DNA from: Blastocystis sp. subtype 4
Taxonomy: Eukaryota
Direction: 5' to 3'
Length of the DNA stretch: 64,000 nt
Assembly: GCF_000743755.1 (NCBI RefSeq)
Contig: NW_014569526.1
Coordinates: forward strand, 1-64,000
In this document: one piece after another, positions 54,763 to 64,000 of the stretch
Position numbering within the stretch: position 1 is the stretch's first letter
Layout of the letters: every line of letters starts with the position of its first letter
Program-made: the position numbers and the translations under genes
Notes under the pieces: generated by a model
Told to the model about the DNA's origin: nothing
Databases searched by the model: none
Seen by the model: only the letters and a program-made list of their open reading frames with translations

Positions 54763-56139
54763 ATGGGTTTGGAGGAGCTTATCTATCAGTTTATTAATAA
54801 TATCGATGACAGGAGGAAGTGTGAGCTTCTTCTGGAGTCGTTCCGAAGTTCTCCATGGCTATATGGGGACTACAGTCTAACAAAGCCACCAAATCTTATC
54901 AATTATCTTCTTATGCCTGAAAGGGAAGGTTTATTTCGCCGTCTCTTCCATGTTCACCAAAGGACATTAGATGCCCTTGCGACCGAGATTGCTGCAACTA
55001 AGGCCTTCAAGTCATCATTTCTGAGTGAAGCGAGTCCTTATGAAGTGGAATTGTTTCTGTGCTCTGTGATTCTATATATGAATACGAGTTTTTCTGTTCG
55101 TAGTTGTTCGAAATTCTGTGATATTCCTTTATCGAGTGTTTACACCTTTATCTCCTTGTTTAACAAGATTATGAACGAACTAAAGGACAAAGTGATCCGT
55201 TTTCCTGCGCTCAACAACCAGAATCTGCTGAAAGTCAATTATAAACGTTTCTTCCCTGGGGCAGTTGGTGTTGTTGGTAGTCGTTTCCTTCCTGTATGAT
55301 TCTAGATTCCGTCTTTATCCCAGAAGTGACATCAGTTCAAGATAATTCTTCCTTTTCCAAAGAACATCGTTGTCACGGTGTGAAGATGCTTGTCGTTGTG
55401 GGTCGAGAAGGTCAATTCTTCAACATACATATCAGTGAGCATGGTAGTCAATCCAATTGTTCTCTTTTCAATGATTCTGCTCTCGGTTACACACTTCGCT
55501 ATCACAAGCGTTCTATATTGAATCGTAACATTTCAAATGAATTGTTTATCTAGGTGGGTCGTTTCTTTTAGCAGATCGATCATTCCCTGAACTTCCTTAC
55601 CTTCAAATTCCATTTTCAACCAAAGAAATAAATAGTAGCAACCATGCTTCTTCTCTTTCCAATTATAACTATTGGCATCACAAAGCTCGATTCATCTCAG
55701 AGAAGAGTATTCAACGTTGGCTATATCGTAGTCCAAAATGCCGACTTGGAGTACCTGTTTCATCTTCAAGGAACTGTGTTTCATTTGTAATCAGTTCCAT
55801 TGTGTTACATCAGATGTGCGATATTTTGGAAGATGAATGGACAGATGATGATGATAAAATTCATTGTGAAATAATAGCAACAGAGGATGGACGCGATGTC
55901 GATGGTGTTGATGAAGAGTGTTATCGGGTTTATGATGTTATTTCAGAACGGTCGATGGAGACAGATTACTATGATCTCAAACATATGACAATTCCGAATC
56001 ATGCTGGAGAAGAAGTCAGTGAATTGGTTGCTAATAGTATATATGAGAAACTAAAGCTTGTAGCAAGGAAACGACGAGATTTTCTAGTAGATCTTGTGTA
56101 CCTTTTTCCTAATCGTTCTGTTGTGTTCTTGGAAGAATA
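54763..56139 (+). mobile_element. PIF/Harbinger transposase-derived (HARBI1-like, DDE_Tnp_4) gene with two introns; probably domesticated
   Basis: FRRLFHV, HTH region, FPGAVGVV-DSVFIP, HGVKMLVVV, GSQSN, FLLADRSF, HHKARFISEK, VLHQM. Introns 55277-55305 and ~55525-55553. Genomic frame runs on to 56188. Confidence 0.8.
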
Positions 56140-56143
56140 TTTC

Positions 56144-56159
56144 TGTTTGTTTATAAACA
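56144..56159. terminator. Bidirectional 3'-end motif TGTTTGTTTATAAACA
   Basis: Between convergent HARBI1-like and XPO7 genes. Confidence 0.72.
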
Positions 56160-59100
56160 TGGATAGGAATGATGAAATGCGGTATTGAGTAGGATCCGCC
56201 TCCACTTAGGAATGTCCATACTAAAAGTATCTCGTGCCATTGCATCCAGTGCTCGATATGAAGGTTGCGACATCTCCGTATATACAGACATCAACCTATC
56301 ATGTTGTTCAGGATCACATTGGGCCTGGAGATACATGAAATAGTCTTCTAGACTCTTTTCGTATGTTAAATACACAGAAAGAAGAGGTCGAGAGAGATTC
56401 CATTGAACGCCAAGACGACCAAAGAGAATCGCATGGAAAAGTTCGAAAAACATTCTACAAGTAATGAAACATCATTAGACCAACGGAGACCAGAAAGACT
56501 GTGGATCTCCGATGAGCGCTTGGATCTTTTGAAAGGAATCGAGATGACCCTTTCCATTAACATAGATGAATGTAGCAAGTGTATCTACAGTAGATGAGGC
56601 ATACTTCACAGTAATCTCATCTAACCATGAGAAGAATCATCATTACATACCATCACAAGACACACCACTGACTAAAAGTCGAATGAAATATTGAAAGAGA
56701 TCCTTTGGGAGAATAGATACAATCAGCATGTTTGATGTGAAGAGAGAACGCAAAAACAAGAAAACAGCATGATTAAGTTTGGGAAATGTGATCAAATCAC
56801 TGAATTCCAGCTTGCTCAGTACAATGGAAAGAGATGACAATAACTGAAGAATACAGGAATCTGAATAGTAGATCATGGCTCCAAAAGGCACATAATTCCC
56901 TTCTAGAATCAATGATAAGCTTGAAAGAATAATTGTAAGACCTTTCATGATAATCATGGAATACACGGGAATCTATGAATTACTGAACAAATGTGAACGG
57001 ACTTGTTTTGGCCGAGAATCTCGTTCTGTTGCAACATGAGTGAGATAGGAATAAAAAATGGAAGTAATACTTCGGAAAAACAGAACTGAAGATGGAGATG
57101 ATTCAATGTATGATACACGATCATTCCGATTGTTTCTACGTGTCAACTTGGAATTAGTGCTTACGATAACTCTTCAATAAATCGAAATACAGAAACACTC
57201 ACATTCTCATCTTTCCATTTATCTGTCATGTAGGAGGTGATCACATCATATACAATAGGACTGCTAGAAGAATGAGATAAAGTGATAAAACATACATAAG
57301 ATCGTATACTGTAATATACTGTTGTGATTTGGTACAGGAACGAAGAATGCCAGTGATCTCTCTAAGACAGAGGCAAAATGCTTCATCATTGATCGGTTGA
57401 TCCTGTTGCAACTGGTGTAACTGGCTGATTAGAGGCAAACAGAACTGTTCAAGATCCCCTGGTGGTGCATGCACAAGCATCAACTCCGTTATAGCTCCAT
57501 AGAAGGATGACAGAAGTCTTCCGGCATGAGGTTGATACAACGCATAGAACTGCATTGTATGATGCTGAGTAATGAGACGATGAGATGATTCTAAAGAGAG
57601 GAGGACCTTTTGTGTGTGTGGGTTGTGGCATAGAGTGGAGAAGAGTTGAATAATTTGAGTAGTGATAGGAATTGTAATAGATTGAAATGAGAGAAACGAA
57701 ATCAAGACATTTAGTACAAACTGAATGATGTTTGCTGGAGTACCAAATTGAATCAATTGAAAATACTCAGAATACGCTTGAACACGATGTGAAGCCAGTT
57801 CTAATCCTTCTGATGATGATTGTGTGATAGTGCGTAACTTATAGTCCGCACATCTACAATGAAAGAGAGAAGAAGATCTTACACAGAAATGAGAGCACTT
57901 AAATATTCAATGAGAGATCGAGTAAGATGAGGAATGAATGGAAAAACAGATAACTAGTTTAAATAAGAATATAAGAGGAATACAAAAGAGTACTGTTGTA
58001 GAAGAGAAAGTAGGTGAAAGACAGATGAAGTGAATGAACCATCAATACGATGTGTTCCTGCAAGGACTTGAACCTCATTGAACTGTTGTTTCCGAAGTGT
58101 GATAGCCATGAGCAATACACACCATCCAATACTTACTAGAGATGATAATGATCCAATACAAATCACAATCACATTCAGTCATCTGTTTGGATTCTTCATT
58201 TGATAAAGATTCCTCATGTCTTTCATTCCACTGGTGTTGAATTCGATCCAACAGAGTTCGTAAGGAAAGACTGTATCTTTCAAATACATTCATGATCAAG
58301 TCAAACACGTATTGATAGTCAAATGTTAACAGAATACTCAACTTCTCTTCATGCTTCATAATCAATTCAATATTGCTAAGAGGAGATGACTCTTCATCAT
58401 TCATAAATGTACCCAGATTATCAACCATTGTCATAACATATGCTCGACAAACAGATTTCATACAATCATGAAGAGTGTCTTTTGGTATGAAAGTATAGAT
58501 TGGAGCTGAGGTAAAGCGAAGAGCATCCACAATCCGTGACCAAAGGATCAGAATATATGGGAAATCTCCGAAATAACCGCGGGTTGTGATTGTATCCACA
58601 GCAAACTGTGTAACAGCTTGAAAGAAGACGTGAAAATCCTTAAACTTCACCATTTCTCCAAACTGAATATTTATCTTAAACTTGGCCAAAGCCTGAGCAA
58701 TATTCGAATGACAAACATCGTTCTGAAGGATGGATTGATTTGAAAGGATGATGAGAAAGCAATGCTGCATGACTTCATAGTACGATAGTGTAGCTTCAAC
58801 AGAAACAAATAAGGATCGTCGAATTGCTGTGAAGAGTAAAAGAGTCTCAGATGCTAATGGAGCGAGAACATCATTTTGGACTCTACAAATGAAACAATGT
58901 TAGTCGAACGACAGTGCGAGGAGTTGATAGAGAATGAACACTTGGCAGATAGTATCGCTCCATTCACTAGGGAGTTGAATCAACTCAATTTCTTCGTTTG
59001 CTCCGTCAGATTGACATCCTGAGTAATCAAACGACATGATCGCATTGATTAGATGGAGAGAGGAGGCAGAGAGACAGATCAATTCTGGAGTGAGTGTAAT

Positions 59101-59802
59101 CGATTCTCCTGGAGGTGGTGGTGGAGGAAGATATGAGAGAGCTTGTTTCATAAGAGGAAGATTAATGATATCACGGAATATGGCACATGAGGATCGATGA
59201 AGTGTCTTTGTTTCTAGAGCTAGATATAACAGAAGAATACAACGAATACAGGGCAGATACTGGTTCATTTGAGTGACGATTTCAGTCATTATATCCAAGC
59301 CCACCTTTTGAGCAAAAAGAGATGAATTGAAAAATGGAGACATAGTGGAAAGGTATTTGCGGTATCGCATATCCTTTGAGAACGACACTTTGAAGATTCG
59401 AGCAATCAAACTCGATGCAGACATGATGACATTCGTATGGGTATTCGGGTTTTGTAGCAGAAATTGGAGCACTGCTTCTTCTATCCATTGCACCTATCAT
59501 CAATTCCTACGTATCGAATACAGATCCAAAAAGTACTGACCATCTGGAGTTCCTACAATATTCTTGACACAAGTGAACACACCAAACAAAACGTTCGGAG
59601 CAACTTGTTGATGGAGAATTCGTCTACAATCACAAACGAATAGAATGAAATACAAAAAGCAATCAGAGAAGAGAGGACTTTTGATGATCTCCTGAATTAC
59701 GTGATCGGCTTCTTGTTTGGATTCATAACTTCCATTACCATAAAAGATAGTGAACTTCTCGACCAGTGTCTGAGTCAGTATCGCCACTTCACTCGAATCC
59801 AT
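56151..59802 (-). CDS. XPO7: Exportin-7/RanBP16-17 family; multi-exon
   Basis: HRSSCAIFRD, IQLPSEW, LEGNYVPFGAMIYYSD, FPKL, QWNLSRPLL. Confidence 0.82.
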
Positions 59803-60028
59803 AGTAGAACTATGCAAAATCTCACTAGTGCATCAACTTCGTACATATCTGGGAATATATTCCCACTATTCATCAGATATGAGAAACAGAAAGAAGGGAA
59901 TACTGAAAAAGACGATAAAAGAGTATCCGATTCTCGTCAAGTGGTCCCAGTGGCGCAGAATGTGGTGCCCAATACGCATGTTCTTGTTTTAACGACGTCT
60001 CTAAACCGTTTCCTCTCTGGTGATAGTG

Positions 60029-63000
60029 ATGAACCCTTTTCTGAGACGTGTAAAGTATATTGAGATAATTATAAACGATAGAAGAACGAGGGAACGGTCG
60101 CTCCTCCAACTCCTGCTACCAATGTGCCAACAACTCCGGTATCTCAGCCAGCCCCTCCTTTATCAACGCTCCCTGCGTCCAACACTTTTACTCGGATACC
60201 TAATCGATCCATGCCACCTCCAATGACAGCGTTTGGAATTATCTCTATGTTTTTTATCGATAGTCCCCCAGTTGTGCCACCTCCTATGGATTCAAATCCG
60301 ATTCCCTCAGGTCCTGCTCCTACACATGTTTCTAGACGTGGTATGACAGCTGCAGAGTTATACTCGAATCGTTTGATACATTGGCTGTGTAATCACTTCT
60401 AGCTGTCACATCTTCCCCTACTATCCCTTCTCCAGCTCCAGAGCAGGTCTATACTCCTGCCCCCATCTATCAGGAACCTGTTCGTATGAGTGGTTTCATT
60501 GACATGAAGGCACCTGCCGTGATTCCTCCAGATGAGCGTATTAATAGTTCTTCAGTACCACATCCCCAGGCTCATTTCGATAAACCAGTGACATATCACA
60601 CTGATGATCTCAACTCAGTTTCATTTCTTCTTATTGTTCATCTTTAGTCTCTTCCCTTCATCGGTGATCCTCTGGAAGTGATTGAAGGAAACAATAGCTC
60701 CCCTCTCTTCATGCGTCCAACGTCTTTTGTGCTTGGAGAAGAGAGGTCTATGATGAATTCAGTGTTAGCAGGACGTGATGAAGAACTTTGCACAGGTATG
60801 GGACTGGTGATTACTCCCTTCGCAAAAAATGTTTGTGTTTGATACTGAGTGTCACTCGTAGCAAGCTCTTCACCGAGCTGATCGACACCAAGGTGTCCCT
60901 CGTTGTTCTGTATGTCGTGCTTATATCAATCCATTCTGTGTATTTTCAGACTATGGACATCAGTGGACATGTAATCTTTGTGGTGGAGTGAATCAGGTGC
61001 CTGATTGGTACATGGCTCCATTGAATCCTGATGGGCGTCCTGTGGATATAGCTGAGAAGCCAGAACTAGAGTATGGAAGCATGGAAGCTGTAGTAGAAGG
61101 CTCAATGTTCAATATGAATGAGAACAGGGTAAGTATTTGAATTGAATGAGATTCTAGTATCCAGTGATCGTATTTCTTCTTGATGCATCTGTTGCTTCAG
61201 TTAACTCAGGACTTTTGCAATGTGCAATTCAAGCGATTCGAGTTTCTGTAGAAGCCATTGCAAAGAAACAGAATCACACGTTTATAGGACTGGCGATGGT
61301 AGATGTACGAGCTCATTTTATCTGTTTGAAAGGTGAACGAGTGCAGGATCAGATTGGAGCTGATTATGAAGAGAGTTTTGCTTGTGTATCTCCTCAGCAA
61401 TGGTTGATTGAAATAACAGAAGAGAGATTAGAAAGAGTAAGGTAATCAGTCAACTCTTATATTAGATCAATGAATGTTTGAACTATATCCAGCGTACAGC
61501 CATGTCAGCAACTACTGCCACGTACAGTGTTATGGGATCTGCATTGAATGCTACTGTTGAAATCTTAGCAGAGACAGGAGGACGGATTTTTGTGATTGAG
61601 GGGAACTGTTGGATGGGTGAAGGAAACCTGTCTATTCGAGAGAGTCCAAAGATCTATGGAACTACAGAGGAGATGGGCTTATACACAAGTTCAGTTCCAG
61701 AATTCTTTAGTTCTCTGCGAACTAAAATGATCAATCATTCAATCACTCTTTCACTCATCATTGCTGGTTCTGCTTCCGTATATTATAACTTGGCTTCACT
61801 TGAAGCTGTTATAAGCGATGTTGGAGGTATGATCTACTACTCACCGAGTCTCTCTACTCCATATCGTTCTCAAACTCTCACGGAGATCCACGCTCTAATT
61901 CAAGTGCTCACCCAATCTCCTTTCTATCGTTTTGTGAGTGCTCGTTTGCGTCTGACACCAGGTCTGAGTGTTCTGGCGTATCATGGAGGGGTTACTACGG
62001 ATCCCAACTACAATACATTTGTTTGTGGAGGAATGACTGAGGATATGAGTATTGTGGCTGAATTGGACATGGAACGTTATATCAAGGGTCCTTATGCCTA
62101 TGCTCAATTTGCTATTCTGTAGGGATTGATAGGAGTTCTAACTGTATAGTTATTTGAATGATGACAATCAATGTTGCATTCGTGTATTCAATCGTCGATT
62201 CCCCGTGGTTACCGATTATAAGCAATTGTATCATTCTATTGATGTATCAGCATATTTCATGTTACTTACTCGAGGAGCTGTTGCTATGACTGAACAAGAG
62301 GGGGCTTACAAAGTGCGAGAACGAGTAACGTCAGCCGTAGCCACAGTATTAGCAACCTATCGTAATAAACTCTGTTCTAAGGCACCATTGTGTATGAATA
62401 CAGTAGAATGATAAGTCGTAGCGCAACTTATGGTCCCTGAAACACTGTCTCTTCTTCCACTTCTGTTGAATAATTTGTTGAAGAGTTCACTTCTGGCTAT
62501 GACTCCTATGAACACCACAGAGCGAATCGAAGACATTTATCCTCGAGCGGATGAGCGAGTCTATGCCAAATGGGTACATTCAACCACTTCCATTCATTAT
62601 AGATTTGTTATAACTGTTCACCTGAGAAAGTGTTGGATTTCTTGTGTCCTCGTCTCTATAATCTCGATCGAAATGATTCTCGTTGGGGTAAAATTGATGA
62701 TGAGGGTGTTACATTCCCGGATCGTTTACCTTTGTCTGGAGCAGCATTATCTCACGATTCATTGTATTTGCTGACAGGACCAGGAGGGTAAAACCGAGTG
62801 AAAGTTGTAATGATTAGACTCACACTGATTGTTGGCAAATCTCTTCCAATTGAGGTCTGTCAAATAGTATTTGGAGTGGATACATTAGTGAATTCGATGC
62901 ATGCTGCATCAGTATCGATATTGGATGGATCAGATTCGTATTTGAATCAAATCCATACTCTCATTCAAGAATTAAAGAATGAGTTAGGTGAATATTTGGA

Positions 63001-63139
63001 AGTACGTGTGGTGTTAAGAGGAGAGAAGGAAATGAACAGAGTGAGTTATGGTTTATATGATGATCGAGTGAAATTGGATGGAACTCTTTCTGAGTTTGTA
63101 TGTGGATTCTTTAAAACCGTGTTAGCAAAATACAAATGA
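60029..63139 (+). CDS. SEC24: COPII coat subunit Sec24; multi-exon
   Basis: Pro-rich N-terminus, PRCSVCRAYINPF...WTCNLC Zn finger, PELEYGS, VFLLDAS, AQFAIL...CIRVFN, PETLSLLPL, gelsolin-like end. Confidence 0.9.
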
Positions 63140-63141
63140 TA

Positions 63142-63156
63142 TGTTTGTTTCAAACA
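63142..63156. terminator. Bidirectional 3'-end motif TGTTTGTTTCAAACA
   Basis: Between convergent Sec24 and the Ser/Asp-rich gene. Confidence 0.72.
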
Positions 63157-63172
63157 TATTAAAGCAATATAC

Positions 63173-64000
63173 TTAGTCACTTGAATCCTCGTCTGAGCTG
63201 CTGTCAGAACTATCAGAGTCAGAGCTATCTGAACTATCTGAACTCGAATCAGAGCTTGAATCGGAACTATCAGAACTGTCAGATGAATCAGAACTCTCGC
63301 TGCTACTAAGTGCAGTTTCCTTTTTCTTGGACGACTCGTCTTCACTCTCTTCTGACTCACTAGACTCTTTAGGTAATTCCATTGCTTCCTTCTCTTCTTT
63401 ACTCTCAGAATCAGAGCTGCTGGACTCTTCCTTCTTTTCTTCCTTCTTTTCCTCTTCCTCACTCTCAGAATCCGAACTATCTGAAGAGTCCGAACTATCA
63501 GAACTGTTTGTCTCTTCCTTCTTCTCTTCCTCACTCTCGGAATCAGAGCTATCAGAGTCAGAACTGTCAGAACTGCTAGATTCCTTCTTCTCTTCCTCCT
63601 TCTTCTCAGTGTCTGAGCTGTCAGATGAATCAGAGCTTGAGTCAGAACTATCAGAATCAGAACTTGAATCAGAATCAGAGCTCGAATCAGAGCTATCAGA
63701 GCTGCTGGATTCTTTCTTCTCTTCCTTACTCTCGGAATCAGAGCTACTGGGCTCTTTCTTTTCTTCCTTCTTTTCCTCTTCCTCACTCTCAGAAGAATCA
63801 GAGCTTGAGTCAGAGCTAGAGTTGGAACTGCTGGATTCCTTCTCTTCCTTCTTCTCTTCCTCTTCCTCACTCTCAGAAGAATCAGAGCTATCAGAATCAG
63901 AACTGGAATCAGAATCAGAACTATCGGAACTGCTGGATTCCTTCTCTTCCTTCTTCTTTTCCTCACTATCAGAAGAATCAGAGCTATCAGAACTGCTAGA
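63173..64000 (-). CDS. Ser/Asp/Glu/Lys-rich low-complexity protein, 3' part (Nopp140/SRP40-like composition)
   Basis: Open acidic frame with alternating SSDSSDSDS and EEEKKEEKE blocks, ending SSSDEDSSD-TAA. Runs off the window edge. Confidence 0.7.
   Translation of the reverse strand, partial: SSSSDSSDSSDSEEKKKEEKESSSSDSSDSDSSSDSDSSDSSESEEEEEKKEEKESSSSNSSSDSSSDSSESEEEEKKEEKKEPSSSDSESKEEKKESSSSDSSDSSSDSDSSSDSDSSDSSSDSSDSSDTEKKEEEKKESSSSDSSDSDSSDSESEEEKKEETNSSDSSDSSDSSDSESEEEEKKEEKKEESSSSDSESKEEKEAMELPKESSESEESEDESSKKKETALSSSESSDSSDSSDSSDSSSDSSSDSSDSSDSDSSDSSSDEDSSD

Noticed and set aside
54763..56188. Autonomous active PIF/Harbinger transposon
   Set aside because: No TIRs, target duplication or second ORF seen; one acidic residue is substituted; the 3' end interlocks with XPO7.
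63046..63966. 306-aa Arg/Lys/Leu-rich ORF
   Set aside because: Shifted-frame shadow of the Ser/Asp/Glu-rich coding repeat; it would run through the 3' motif into Sec24.

Overview
Very gene-dense eukaryotic nuclear DNA, about 27 protein genes in 64 kb. Most genes are split by ~30-nt GT-AG introns, and a TGTTTGTT-type motif sits just past most 3' ends. These traits point to the anaerobic stramenopile Blastocystis (inferred, no search run). Genes reconstructed by hand-splicing: RPS3A, a CTD small phosphatase, legumain, CPSF160, a divergent SF3B3-like protein, a small Duo1-like gene, NOB1, a giant multi-PHD+GNAT protein, an MIT-like protein, DDX3, SNF8, Sec8, a degenerate GT13, a bacterial-type GNAT, a CDPK7-like kinase, Sds3-like, SNW1, a large helical-repeat protein, gamma-SNAP, a MYST acetyltransferase, PP2C, an SNase-like protein, a secreted 23-repeat Cys-rich protein, UVSSA-like, a complex I NUXM-like subunit, an intron-containing Harbinger-derived nuclease, exportin-7, Sec24 and a Ser/Asp/Glu-rich protein. 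RNA genes: tRNA-Arg(TCG) and an aberrant tRNA-like element. Main observations: (1) all nine convergent protein-gene pairs meet at a 15-18 bp back-to-back pair of 3'-end motifs (TGTTT-N5/6-AAACA or a looser variant); (2) several genes appear to get their stop codon from poly(A) addition 4 nt upstream of that motif. Exon boundaries were read by eye and are approximate.
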